A stretch of 64,000 nucleotides of DNA, from positions 10,399 through 74,398 of the forward strand of contig JAHFCU010000004.1 in the NCBI GenBank assembly GCA_023249305.1. Direction: 5' to 3'. This document shows positions 1 to 9,596 of this stretch, one piece after another. The position numbers and the translations under genes were made by a program. The notes beneath the pieces are model-generated. The model ran no database searches, was not told where the DNA came from, and was given only the letters and a program-made list of their open reading frames with translations. Numbering within the stretch: the stretch's first letter is position 1; each line of letters begins with the position of its first letter. This stretch comes from Gemmatimonadota bacterium (GTDB taxonomy: Bacteria; Gemmatimonadota; Gemmatimonadetes; Gemmatimonadales; Gemmatimonadaceae).

Positions 1-191
1 TCGGCAATCCCGTAGAGTCTGGTGCGCAGGTCGTTGGCGGTGATCGCGCTAACCGTCGGACGCGTCGCCCACATGGCGGGGCCCTCGTCGGGCCAGACCA
101 CCTTGGAGACGGCGGGCTTGGACTGCGCGTCGAGCGCGCCAGCAGTGACAGAGAGCGCGGTAGCGAGTAAGAGGCGGGCGTGGTGTTTCAC
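1..191 (-). CDS. hypothetical secreted protein, N-terminal part only (gene runs off the left edge)
   Basis: The minus-strand frame opens at GTG (plus 189-191), with GAGGA 6 nt upstream. It reads VKHHARLLLATALSVTAGALDAQSKPAVSKVVWPDEGPAMWATRP..., which looks like a signal peptide. The frame stays open to position 1. It is absent from the ORF track because there is no stop in the window. Confidence 0.45.
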   Translation of the reverse strand, partial: MKHHARLLLATALSVTAGALDAQSKPAVSKVVWPDEGPAMWATRPTVSAITANDLRTRLYGIA

Positions 192-341
192 GTGGGATCC
201 TCGGGTGACGCGTGCGCGCCGTGGGGACGCACGACCGACTGCAATTCTACGAAGAGGGTCGCCCCACTGTTCAGGCGGCGCGGCCTTGTCGCCACGCGGG
301 GCTCGTGGGTACACTCGAGGGACCCGCTCAGCGAGGCTCTT

Positions 342-1301
342 GTGCGCCGTCAGCCGATCTTCCTTGTCCTCATGTCGCTCGCCCCGCTCGCCGCGCGGTC
401 ACAGGCCACACCGCTCGCGCCGCCGCTGGCGTCAACTCGACAGGGCCAGGTCGAAGCGCCGCCGCTCTTTGTGAGCACCGATTGGCTCGTGCAGCACCTG
501 CGCGACCCGAACCTCGTGCTGCTGCATGTCGGCGCGGCTGGCGACTACCCCGCCGCTCACATCGCGGGCGCGCGGCTCGTCAGCGTCGCCGATCTGTCGG
601 TCAATGATACGGCGCGCAAGCTGAGCGTCGAGATGCCCGGCGCGGACACGCTGCGCGCGCGGCTCGAGGCGCTGGGGATCTCCGACCACTCGCGCATCGT
701 CGTCTACTACGCGAAGGACATAGTGTACCAGGCCACCCGCATCCTGATGACCTTGACGTATGCAGGGCTGGGCGATCGCGCGTCGCTGCTTGACGGCGGA
801 ATGGGCAAGTGGGTGGCGGAGGGCAACCCGACGACCGCGGACGTTGCCGCGCCTCGCGCTGGCTCGTTGTCACCGCTGGCGATCAAGCCGTTCGTCGTCG
901 ATGCAGCGTATGTGCAATCGGTGCTTGGCAAGGCCGGTGTGTCCGTCGTGGACGCACGCGACACCGTGTTCTACTCCGGGTCGCGCACCGGCGGCAGTCC
1001 ATCCGCTCCGCACCGCGCGGGCCGCATCCCCGGCGCGCGTAGCGTGCCCTATTCCACGCTGACCGACGCATCGTTGCGCATCCGGCCGACCGCGTCGCTA
1101 CGCGAGGCCTTCGACGCGGCCGGCGTGCGGCCTGGCGACGTCGTCATCGGCTACTGCCACACGGGCCAGCAGGCAACGACGATGCTGCTCGCCGCGCGCG
1201 CGCTCGGCCATCCGGTGCTGCTCTACGACGGCTCGTTCCAGGACTGGTCGGCGCATACGGAGTTGCCGGTGGAGACGGGAGCGCCGCGCAAGGCGCCCTA
1301 A
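342..1301 (+). CDS. tandem rhodanese-domain sulfurtransferase, probably exported
   Basis: ORF 180..1301. It has a two-rhodanese layout, and the C-terminal domain carries the active-site loop CHTGQQAT. I moved the start to GTG 342 (GAGG 5 nt upstream), which gives VRRQPIFLVLMSLAPLAARSQA. ATG 372 is the alternative start. Confidence 0.85.
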   Translation: MRRQPIFLVLMSLAPLAARSQATPLAPPLASTRQGQVEAPPLFVSTDWLVQHLRDPNLVLLHVGAAGDYPAAHIAGARLVSVADLSVNDTARKLSVEMPGADTLRARLEALGISDHSRIVVYYAKDIVYQATRILMTLTYAGLGDRASLLDGGMGKWVAEGNPTTADVAAPRAGSLSPLAIKPFVVDAAYVQSVLGKAGVSVVDARDTVFYSGSRTGGSPSAPHRAGRIPGARSVPYSTLTDASLRIRPTASLREAFDAAGVRPGDVVIGYCHTGQQATTMLLAARALGHPVLLYDGSFQDWSAHTELPVETGAPRKAP

Positions 1302-1314
1302 CTGAACACGACTG

Positions 1315-1342
1315 AGGATATGGAATCCGGATTCCAGATCCT
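1315..1342. terminator. near-perfect 28-bp palindrome between convergent genes (candidate bidirectional terminator; related to the dispersed GATTCAGGAT repeat family)
   Basis: TGGAATCCGGATTCCA (1321-1336) is a perfect palindrome, extended by AGGAT/ATCCT arms with one mismatch. It lies between the stops at 1301 (+) and 1352 (-). There is no U-tract. Confidence 0.4.
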
Positions 1343-1351
1343 GAATCGTCG

Positions 1352-2683
1352 TCACTTGATGCGTGCCATCTCCAGCCGCGCGCCCTTGTCGTCCTGCACG
1401 CCCATGTACACGACGCCCGGGCCGAAACCCGAAATCACGCGGCCGAACGGCAGCTTCACACGGTCAATCAAGTCGCCCTTGCCGTTGATCACGTCGTAGA
1501 TCGGACCCGCGTCGCTGGGCGCGGTCGTGCGCACCCACACGTTGCCGTCGTCATCTGAGCGCACGGAGCCCGGCCGGAACACGGGGCGGTAGTCGGGCAG
1601 CTCCTTGGCGCCAACGAGGTTGATGCTTGGCGCGCTGATCTGCTGGACGCCCTGTTGCGGACGACCACCGCCGCCACCTGGTCCTTCGACGCGCATCTCA
1701 ATACGCACGTTCCCACCGCCGCCCGCTCCGCCAAGCATCGTGTTCGCGTTGGCCACGCCCTGTTGCATCGCGCGGTTGATGTTCTCGCGCTGCTTCTCGA
1801 CTTCCACTTTCACCGAGTCGAGGAACTTCTGTTTGGCGTCGTCGTCGAGGCGCTCCCAGCTGTAAGGGATCTTCGACGTCGTCGTCCACTTGCCGTCGGT
1901 GCCGAGCCAGTCTACGTGGTAGTCCTTGCCGCGCACGACCGCGAGCCGGCCGTCGGGAAGCAGCGCCCAGTCGTCCACCACCGGCATCGGGTTGGTTTGC
2001 ACGCTGATGCGCATGGCCCCCTTGTCGTCCTGCGTGACCGACACGCTGGCCTTCGGGATCTTGAAATAGGTCGCGGTGTCGAGGGCGCGCGTCGCAAGAT
2101 TCACTCGGTACACCGGCGCCGTGTCAGCCTGCTCGGGAACGCGCATCGGCTGTCCCGGCTGGGGCGGGCCGCCCATGTTCATGCCGCGCATGTTGGGCAT
2201 GACGAAGCCGCGGTATACAATGCGTCCCTGCGGATCCACGCCCGGTGTGCCAAACGGACCGCCAATCATGAACGTCGCGTCCTGCGGGCGCGGAATAGCC
2301 ATCACGCGCACCACCTCGCCCTTGCCGTCGATGACAAGCATGGAGAGCGACTGCGGATCGATAAACAGCGATGAATCGCCGCGGTAGTTCATCAGCCCGG
2401 CGAGGCGGCTGCTGTAGCTGTTGGCCGTGGCCGGCGTTGTGTCGGCGATGACCGACTTCCGGTTGAAGGCGGAGTCCAGCACGATGAGCTGGCGACGCGT
2501 CAGGTCGTTGACGATGGCGCCGCCGCCCGGCAGCGGACGCACCGCGGACACCGACCCAAGGAGATCGGCGGGCGACACCTTCATGATGGGTCCCAGCGGA
2601 CGCACCGGGGGCAGCGGCTGCTGCGCCGCGAGCGGCGCGGCCATCAGCGCCAAGGACGCAATCAAGCGAATGCGAGTGAACAT
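1352..2683 (-). CDS. hypothetical secreted protein, co-transcribed with the upstream receptor gene
   Basis: ORF 1352..3025, trimmed to ATG 2683. This gives MFTRIRLIASLALMAAPLAAQQ (signal peptide). The longer frame overlaps the upstream gene. No family is recognisable, but the composition is rich in beta-strand-forming residues. Confidence 0.6.
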   Translation of the reverse strand: MFTRIRLIASLALMAAPLAAQQPLPPVRPLGPIMKVSPADLLGSVSAVRPLPGGGAIVNDLTRRQLIVLDSAFNRKSVIADTTPATANSYSSRLAGLMNYRGDSSLFIDPQSLSMLVIDGKGEVVRVMAIPRPQDATFMIGGPFGTPGVDPQGRIVYRGFVMPNMRGMNMGGPPQPGQPMRVPEQADTAPVYRVNLATRALDTATYFKIPKASVSVTQDDKGAMRISVQTNPMPVVDDWALLPDGRLAVVRGKDYHVDWLGTDGKWTTTSKIPYSWERLDDDAKQKFLDSVKVEVEKQRENINRAMQQGVANANTMLGGAGGGGNVRIEMRVEGPGGGGGRPQQGVQQISAPSINLVGAKELPDYRPVFRPGSVRSDDDGNVWVRTTAPSDAGPIYDVINGKGDLIDRVKLPFGRVISGFGPGVVYMGVQDDKGARLEMARIK

Positions 2684-2715
2684 GTTGGTTCGAAAGGAGA
2701 AGGGAGCAAGTCGGC

Positions 2716-5700
2716 TTAGCGGGAAATCATGACCTGCGTGACGCCGGGGCCACCGCCGCCACCACCCATGAAGATGAATGGGCCGCCACCCGTTCCGCCA
2801 ACCGTGGCGGAGCGGATGGACGTCAGGTACCAGTGGTCGAGGTGAGCCGCCACGAGCGCCGGCAGCATGCGGCGCTGTTCGGCGTTCAGGATCTCTTTCA
2901 CGCGCGGCGCCACTTCGTCGAGCACGTCCACCGACGCTTCGCGCGTCTTCTTGTAGAGCGAATATGCCGTCTCGTGCTTGTAGTCGTCGCTGAGTCCGGC
3001 GAGTTCCTTGATCACCGGCGCCCACATCCGGTTGAGCCGAATCAGATAGGCGCGGTTGATCGTCGCGAGGCTGTCGCCCTGCGCCGAGGTAAGGTGCAGG
3101 CTGTCGGTCTGGCGCAGGATCATCGCCATCGGATTGATCGTGACGCCGCCGGCGCCGTACATCGCGTTCAGCTGGGACTCAGTCGCCTTCTGCCCCGACA
3201 GGCGGCGACCGCGGTCGAGCTGCTGCGTCAACAACTGCCGCTCACGCGCCGGCCCGAGGTCGAAGCGCACCATCGCCGTGACCGTCACGGGCTGGCGGAT
3301 GGTGTTCTGCGACGGCTTGGTCGAGCCGAAGCGCTGGTTCACTTCGTACGTGAAGCGTTGCGTCAGCTGGTTGAAGCCGCGCACGTAGAGCAGCGTCGCC
3401 TCGGGCTGGATCGTCTGGCCCCAGCCGCGGAGGTTGTTCTCGCCGTGCAGCAGCAGGTCGGCCGCACCGATCGGGTTGCTAACCTGTAACTGGATATTGG
3501 CGCGCTGCGGCAGGTGCAGCTTGATGGGGTTGAACGAGACGTTGAGCAGCGCCGTGTGCGTCCACGGTCCTTGGCAGCTGCTGCGCCCGGCAAGTTGGCC
3601 CAGCTGCGACTCGAGGCAGTGCTTGGCGCCGCCCGTCGAGTTGTCGAGCAGGGTCTGCATCGCCGCCTTGAGCGCCGGATCGGTCGTCGTCGCCGGGTTC
3701 GCGATGAATGCGCGGTCGTTGTACAGTCCGTCGCCGTTCACGTCACCGCCGATCCCCGGCGTGTACGGCGTGCCGCCGCGGACGTTGCCGAACCAGTTCA
3801 CGCGCACGGCGTCGAAGAAATTGTAGTTGAGCGAGTATTGCACCTGGTGACGCGAGTCGAAGCTCGACCGCGACCACGCGACGGCGCGTGGATCGCCCGT
3901 GGTGCTCTGGAAGCCGCGGTACTGCTCGCGCACGTTGCTGTACACGTACCCGACACTCCACGTCAGCTTCGAACTGAACGTCATCGGGGTCAGACGCAGA
4001 GAGAGCTGCTTCGACTCGGACTTCAGGTCCGAACGCGCCTCGTAGACCGCGTTGTACTCGGGGTGCACGCGCGAGTCGCGCGGCGCCGAGATGCCGGTGG
4101 CCGCGTCAATGCTCGTCACCGGCACGTACACCGGCCGACCGCCCTCGGCTGCCAGCGTGAAACTCGGCACGCCACCAAAGTTGAGGTCGTAGTTGCCGGG
4201 CTGGTTTTGGTTCTGTGAGTAAGTGAAGTCCACCGTCGCGGTGAATCGCCCGCCAACCAGCGGCCCGTTCCACTGCAGGTTGCCTCGCACGCTGCGCGGC
4301 GCCTGCCAGTCCTTGGCAAACAGGTTGACATTCGGCGCGACGTTTGTGAAGGGCGAAGCCACCGAACCGTCGGCGCACGCCGATGGAATGGACGCGGGAT
4401 TCGTAAGCCACGTGCTCCACGCCTGCGCCGGAACCGTCGCCCCATAGCAGCCGAGCTGCTGCACCGCCGACGCAAGCCCGGTGTTGTCGAGCGCCGAGCC
4501 GAGCAGCGTTGCCTGCGGCACGTTCTGGAACACGCCCACGCCACCGCGCACCACGGCGCGCGGACCACGGATGGCACCTTCGAAGCCCGGGATCTGCGCC
4601 CCTTCGCCGTACTGCAGGGAGAAACCGAGGCGCGGGCTCACGTACACGTGATCGGGCGTGTGGTCGTTGCTCCTGCTGAACAGCCGCTCAATGGCGGGAT
4701 TCTCGGCTGGCCCGGCGCCGAAGCGGTTGCCGTCCACGCGCACGCCGTACTGGATCTGCAGATCGCTGTTCTTGCGCCACGCGTCGCCCAGCGCGACGGC
4801 GCCCACCGTCTCCGCGCCGTCGCGCACGCGCGGCGAGAGTTGCCGCATGAACGACGCGGCGCGATTGGCCTCGAGGTCGGCGAGCGACAGGTACGAGAAC
4901 GACCCGAGCTGGTTGGTGGTCTGGTCCTGGTCGAACACGTCGCGGCGCAACTCGGTCGTGAGCTTCAGCCGGTGCTTGTTGTTGTGCGAGAACCACGACA
5001 GCGTGTTGATGAAGCCGAGGCTTGAGTTCGTCGCCTTGGCGTCGAGGAAGGAGCTTCCGCCGAACTGCACCGAACGCAGCCCCGAGGTGCCGTCGGGCAG
5101 TTGCGAGTTGACGCGCACCGACCCGCTGGGCAGGTCGTAGTACGGGTTGCCCTCGTTGTGCGAGTTGCCGTACGTGATGTTCGTCTCGGTGAGGAAACCG
5201 GAGAGCAGGCCGGACTCGAAGTACGCCGAATGACGGAACTGCGCGCCGGCGTTGTAGCTGGTGCGCTCGCCACTGTGTCCCGGCAGCTCGCCGATGCCGC
5301 CACCCACCGGCGCACTGCGGTTGGCGGAGCCGTTGAACGTGAGCGCATACGCGGCGCCGGTGCGCGAACCAATCGGCGCGAGATTGAGTGTCGCCAGCAC
5401 CGAGCCGTTGTCGGTGTTCCGGTTCGACAGCGAGCCTCGCGGAGACAGCGGAATGCCCTTGGCGCGCAGGATGTTGAGCAAGCGCGTCGCCGAGTCGGGG
5501 CTGATGCCGCTGGTCACGAGACCCGTGGACGATGTGTTGAGCAGCGTCTGCAGGTCGTTGGACCGGCGTCCGGCCTGATACGAGAAGTTGTAGAACATTT
5601 CGTCGATCTTCAGCGGGCCCGACAAGAGGCCGCCGAGCGACACATTGCTGTACTGTTGGCCCAGCGCCTGCGCCGCGCGATCGGTCCACTGCAGCGCCGG

Positions 5701-6474
5701 CGCGTCGAGGTTCAGCGAGTTTGTGCGCGTGGTGAAGTTGTTGCCGGTGGGGGATCGAATGTTGAACTGCGCCCCGCTGAAGCCGCCGCGTGATACGTCG
5801 TACGGGCTGGTGGAGAGCGAACTCGACACGCCGGCGTCACGCGGGACGTCCGCGCCGGTGAACGAGCCGCCGTTCAGCGTCGTCGCGTTTTGGTCGGGCG
5901 TGAGACCGAGTACCGAGAAGCCCGAAGCATCGCCGCTGGTGCCCGGCACCAGCGTGACGCCGGGAAGTGACGCCGCCATCGCGGCGAGGTTGCCCGCATC
6001 GGCGCTCGACACGTTGCCGGGATTGACGCTGCGCTCGCTGCCCGAGATGTCGGGCTGCCGGTCGTCGCGATTGGCGCGTGTGCGCTCGCCCGGCGTCACG
6101 CGCACCGCCTCGAGCTCCGTCATCGCGCGTGACAGCCTGGCGTCGGCGATGAGAATCTCCTGATCGGCCGTCCGCTTGACCTCAAAGCGCTTCATGGAGA
6201 AGCCGATGGCCTGAACGGTGACCATGTAGTCGCCGTCGCCGTTGGGAAACGTGATCGTGAAACGCCCGCCGTTGTCCGTGAGCGCGCGGCGCGTGACGTT
6301 GCCGCTCAGTGAGACGGCTTGCACGCGCGCGCCGGCGATGGGAATGGAGTCCTCGCCAACGATGCGGCCGCGAATGACATCCACGGATTGCGCGGCGGCG
6401 CGGGACGGAACGGACCAGGCCAGGGCGGCGATCACCGCGGCGGCAAGAAGACGACGGACGCTCAGAACGGGCAT
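2716..6474 (-). CDS. CarboxypepD_reg-domain TonB-dependent-receptor-like outer-membrane protein with a C-terminal non-barrel extension
   Basis: 1252 aa. Signal peptide is MPVLSVRRLLAAAVIAALAWSVPSRAAAQ. The carboxypeptidase-regulatory-like domain reads IRGRIVGEDSIPIAGARVQAV...TDNGGRFTITF...GDYMVTVQAIGF. It is followed by a plug-like segment and then a long segment rich in beta-strand-forming residues. The last 172 aa are helical and Gly-rich. Confidence 0.85.
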   Translation of the reverse strand: MPVLSVRRLLAAAVIAALAWSVPSRAAAQSVDVIRGRIVGEDSIPIAGARVQAVSLSGNVTRRALTDNGGRFTITFPNGDGDYMVTVQAIGFSMKRFEVKRTADQEILIADARLSRAMTELEAVRVTPGERTRANRDDRQPDISGSERSVNPGNVSSADAGNLAAMAASLPGVTLVPGTSGDASGFSVLGLTPDQNATTLNGGSFTGADVPRDAGVSSSLSTSPYDVSRGGFSGAQFNIRSPTGNNFTTRTNSLNLDAPALQWTDRAAQALGQQYSNVSLGGLLSGPLKIDEMFYNFSYQAGRRSNDLQTLLNTSSTGLVTSGISPDSATRLLNILRAKGIPLSPRGSLSNRNTDNGSVLATLNLAPIGSRTGAAYALTFNGSANRSAPVGGGIGELPGHSGERTSYNAGAQFRHSAYFESGLLSGFLTETNITYGNSHNEGNPYYDLPSGSVRVNSQLPDGTSGLRSVQFGGSSFLDAKATNSSLGFINTLSWFSHNNKHRLKLTTELRRDVFDQDQTTNQLGSFSYLSLADLEANRAASFMRQLSPRVRDGAETVGAVALGDAWRKNSDLQIQYGVRVDGNRFGAGPAENPAIERLFSRSNDHTPDHVYVSPRLGFSLQYGEGAQIPGFEGAIRGPRAVVRGGVGVFQNVPQATLLGSALDNTGLASAVQQLGCYGATVPAQAWSTWLTNPASIPSACADGSVASPFTNVAPNVNLFAKDWQAPRSVRGNLQWNGPLVGGRFTATVDFTYSQNQNQPGNYDLNFGGVPSFTLAAEGGRPVYVPVTSIDAATGISAPRDSRVHPEYNAVYEARSDLKSESKQLSLRLTPMTFSSKLTWSVGYVYSNVREQYRGFQSTTGDPRAVAWSRSSFDSRHQVQYSLNYNFFDAVRVNWFGNVRGGTPYTPGIGGDVNGDGLYNDRAFIANPATTTDPALKAAMQTLLDNSTGGAKHCLESQLGQLAGRSSCQGPWTHTALLNVSFNPIKLHLPQRANIQLQVSNPIGAADLLLHGENNLRGWGQTIQPEATLLYVRGFNQLTQRFTYEVNQRFGSTKPSQNTIRQPVTVTAMVRFDLGPARERQLLTQQLDRGRRLSGQKATESQLNAMYGAGGVTINPMAMILRQTDSLHLTSAQGDSLATINRAYLIRLNRMWAPVIKELAGLSDDYKHETAYSLYKKTREASVDVLDEVAPRVKEILNAEQRRMLPALVAAHLDHWYLTSIRSATVGGTGGGPFIFMGGGGGGPGVTQVMISR

Positions 6475-6708
6475 CGGAAAGGGGCTTCGGGACGGGACAG
6501 CATTGGTACAGGAGCGAGCAACCTGCTGATTGGTACCACTCGGGGGATCTGACGGTTTACCCTCGGCGAGCGCACCCTATCGTACGCGCGTGCTCAGCCG
6601 AGTGTTTCCGTCGCGTTGAATACAGGCTGGCGCGCACAAGCGTTGGCCTCGCCGCGCAGGTCGATCGCACACTTACGCGGCTCGGCTCGAGCCTAGCGAC
6701 GCGCCTCG

Positions 6709-8139
6709 CTACGACAGATCCGCCGGGGGCTCGCCAAGCAGGTAGCGCAGGACGTCGTGGGCTGTGTACGACAACCGGCCCCGGGCGACCGCAGCGAGTT
6801 CGCGGACGCTATCGCCGCTCGTGACGAGCGGCGGCTCCACCTCGCCGCTTTTGCGCAGTTGGCCCAACCCGATCGCGGACATGAGGCCGTTGCAGAGGCA
6901 GCGCCTCCCGGCCGTGTTCTCCACGGTCCCGCCCGCGTTCACGTAATCGCGCACCGGCGCCGCAGAACAGCGGTATACGAGCCGGCCGTTTTCACCACGC
7001 GCGGCCGTGCGCAGATAACCCAAGTCGCAGAGGCGCTCGCGCGTGTCGTCCTGCTGCGCGATGGACGCGGTCTCGATAAGCTTGAAGGGAAAGCCAGTCG
7101 GCGACGCGATGGGATCGGTGCGCACGCTGATCTCCCCGGCCGCGACGGCCGCGAGCACGCGACGCTTGATGTCGGCGCTGAATCCCGACTCGTCCGAATA
7201 GGCAAAGGCAGTGCCCACTTGGATGCCGGCCGCCCCCTCTCGGCGCGCCTGCTCGAGCCCTTCCGCCGTGCCCGCGCCGCCAGCGAGCCAGAAGGGAACA
7301 CCGAGCGCGCGCATCGCGCCGAGATCCACGACGTCGCGCGCACCGTACACCGGCTCGCCACGCGCGTTGAGCTGCGGTGTGCCGCGCGGCGGCGCGTTGT
7401 GCCCGCCAGCGGTGGGACCCTCGACAACGAAGCCCTCCACCGTTCCCGTCGCCTTTCGCGCGAGATTCGTGGCGAGCGTATGCGCCGCGACGATCGCGTA
7501 GAAATCGGGACGCCTGAGCGACACATCCGTCAGTCCGTGTGCCGCCGGATCGAACGAGAGCGTGACCGGCTGGTCCGATGGCTGCCCGTCGACATCCATG
7601 CGCAGCGTTGCCGGCGCGTGGATTGCCATCATGTCGAGCGCGCCCGGAATCTCGCGGGGGATTCCCGCCCCCATGACCACGACATCCGCGCCGGCAAGCA
7701 TCGCGCCGTAGAGTGACGCGAGCGTCGGCATCTGCACCTTGGTCAACAGGTTGACGCCCACTCGGCCATGGTGTCCTTCCTTGGCCAGCCAGACTTCTAC
7801 GAAGTTGGCGGCGATGGTGACTCGATCACGAAAGGTGCTGACCGCCTGCCGGTACATCGGTAGCACGGCGTACGGCTCGCCCGGCGCACGACCGCCCGGC
7901 TTGAAGAAGCGGCGCAGCATCTCGGCGGCGACTTCCGGCTTTGGGAAGTGGGCGAGTGCGCGACGCACGGCTCCGCACGGATCACCGTCCTGAAGCCGTC
8001 GCACGAAGACCGTGTCGAGCGCCGTCCCCGACACAATGCCAAGCTGTCCCATCGCGGCGACGGCGCGCGCCAGCCTCCAGTTGGAGACGGCGACGCCCAT
8101 CCCTCCCTGGATGACCAGGGGAAGTGCTGCTGCCGTCAT
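6709..8139 (-). CDS. nitronate monooxygenase (2-nitropropane dioxygenase / FabK-like FMN oxidoreductase) family protein
   Basis: 476 aa. The N-terminus LPLVIQGGMGVAVSNWRLARAVAAMGQLGIVSG and the TIM-barrel FMN motifs (GGHN, FWLAGGAG) are typical of the NMO family. Confidence 0.8.
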   Translation of the reverse strand: MTAAALPLVIQGGMGVAVSNWRLARAVAAMGQLGIVSGTALDTVFVRRLQDGDPCGAVRRALAHFPKPEVAAEMLRRFFKPGGRAPGEPYAVLPMYRQAVSTFRDRVTIAANFVEVWLAKEGHHGRVGVNLLTKVQMPTLASLYGAMLAGADVVVMGAGIPREIPGALDMMAIHAPATLRMDVDGQPSDQPVTLSFDPAAHGLTDVSLRRPDFYAIVAAHTLATNLARKATGTVEGFVVEGPTAGGHNAPPRGTPQLNARGEPVYGARDVVDLGAMRALGVPFWLAGGAGTAEGLEQARREGAAGIQVGTAFAYSDESGFSADIKRRVLAAVAAGEISVRTDPIASPTGFPFKLIETASIAQQDDTRERLCDLGYLRTAARGENGRLVYRCSAAPVRDYVNAGGTVENTAGRRCLCNGLMSAIGLGQLRKSGEVEPPLVTSGDSVRELAAVARGRLSYTAHDVLRYLLGEPPADLS

Positions 8140-8249
8140 GTCGCTCCAAGAGAGGTGGTGCGGGATTGGCCACGACGGCGATGGGGCATTTGGGGCACCG
8201 GCGTTCGTGGTCCCCGCGCGACCAAGCGAGCGTCGCAGGGAACGGACTG

Positions 8250-8304
8250 AAAAATGACCGGAGCCGGCCCGATTGTCTATCGGGTCGGCTCGGAAAGGTC
8301 ATTT
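8250..8304 (-). terminator. intrinsic terminator downstream of the gamma-lyase gene
   Basis: The inner stem is GAGCCGGCCCGAT/ATCGGGTCGGCTC (13 bp, one G-T pair). The outer stem is AAATGACC/GGTCATTT. On the minus strand the hairpin is followed by TTTTT (plus A-run 8250-8254). Confidence 0.55.
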
Positions 8305-8328
8305 CGGACCGGTTGCGCGCTGCGCGGG

Positions 8329-9546
8329 CTACGGCGCCATCGCGGGCGCCCGATCGTGCAGTTCGAGGCGCGACGCCACTTCGGCCAGTGCGTGATCGAG
8401 GTCGCGCCAGACGTCGCGCACATCTTCGAGCCCGACACTGAGCCGCAGCAGTCCGCCGCTGATGCCCGCCTTTTCGCGCGCGTGCTTATCCACCACCCGA
8501 TGCGTAAGCGCCGCGGGCGGCTGGATGAGCGTGTCGGTGGAGCCAAGGCTTACGGCAGGCGTGATGAGCTCAAGTGCCTCGACGAAGTGGCGCATCACCG
8601 CGGGATCATCGCTCGCCAGTTCGAACGCGAGTACGCTTCCCGGCCCCGCCATCTGACGGCCGAGCAGGCGACGCGGATCCTGTCCCGGGAGCGCGGGAAA
8701 ACGGACGCTCGCGATGCGGCGGTCATCAACGAGGCGCTTGGCGATCTCGATCGCCGTCTCCTGCGCGCGAAGGACGCGCAGTTCCAGCGTGGGCAGGCCG
8801 CGATGCAGGAGGAATGACGCCAGCGGATGGAGCAGACCACCGGTCGCGGCGCGGACGTGCTTGATGTCGCGCACGAGCGCGTGCGGCCCAGCGACGACGC
8901 CGGCCAGCACGTCGCCGTGCCCACCGAGGAACTTGGTGGCGCTGTGCAGTACGAGCGACGCGCCGAGCTCGAGCGGCCGCTGCAAGACCGGCGTGGCGAA
9001 GGTCGAGTCCACGAGCACCGGCACCTCGCCCGCCTGCTTGACCACCGCCTTGATATCGACGAGCTCGAGCGTCGGGTTGCCCGGCGTTTCGATCACGACG
9101 AGGCAGGTGTTTGGCCGCAGCGCCGCGGTGATGCGATCGGGCGTCGTCCACGTGACGCTGTGGCCGAGGAGGCGCGACGTCAGCAGATGGTCGGCGGTGC
9201 CATAGAGCGGCCGCACCGCGACGACATGCATGCCGCGTGTCTTGGCGGCGAGCAGGACGGCGGTGAAGGCGGCCATCCCTGACGAGAACGCGGCGGCATC
9301 CTCCGCCCCTTCGAGTTCAGCAAGCGCTTTCTCGAAGCGATCAGTGGTCGGATTGAACAGCCGCTGATAGACGAATGTTCCCTGCGGCTCATCTCCCGCG
9401 ACGAGGCTGTCGAACGACCGGGCGGCCTCGTCCAGGTTGGGAGTCGGGTACGTGGAGCTGAAATCGATGGGCGGCGCGTGCACACCCTTTTCAATGAAGT
9501 CCCCGCGTCCGGCGTGGACGGCGCGGGTGGAGAAACTCCTGTCCAT
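8329..9546 (-). CDS. Cys/Met-metabolism PLP-dependent enzyme (methionine gamma-lyase / cystathionine gamma-synthase family)
   Basis: 405 aa. It begins TRAVHAGR and carries the PLP-lysine motif SATKFLGGHGD. Its size and layout fit the gamma-lyase family. Confidence 0.85.
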   Translation of the reverse strand: MDRSFSTRAVHAGRGDFIEKGVHAPPIDFSSTYPTPNLDEAARSFDSLVAGDEPQGTFVYQRLFNPTTDRFEKALAELEGAEDAAAFSSGMAAFTAVLLAAKTRGMHVVAVRPLYGTADHLLTSRLLGHSVTWTTPDRITAALRPNTCLVVIETPGNPTLELVDIKAVVKQAGEVPVLVDSTFATPVLQRPLELGASLVLHSATKFLGGHGDVLAGVVAGPHALVRDIKHVRAATGGLLHPLASFLLHRGLPTLELRVLRAQETAIEIAKRLVDDRRIASVRFPALPGQDPRRLLGRQMAGPGSVLAFELASDDPAVMRHFVEALELITPAVSLGSTDTLIQPPAALTHRVVDKHAREKAGISGGLLRLSVGLEDVRDVWRDLDHALAEVASRLELHDRAPAMAP

Positions 9547-9571
9547 CTCCAGCTCCTTGTTCGGTTCGACG

Positions 9572-9586
9572 GTGCTATATTAGCAC
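9572..9586. promoter_or_regulatory. candidate operator: perfect palindrome GTGCTATATTAGCAC in the divergent promoter region
   Basis: This is a 15-bp perfect inverted repeat in a 50-bp AT-rich spacer, between the gamma-lyase start (9546, -) and the Lrp start (9597, +). Confidence 0.4.
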
Positions 9587-9596
9587 TATCCTCCAA

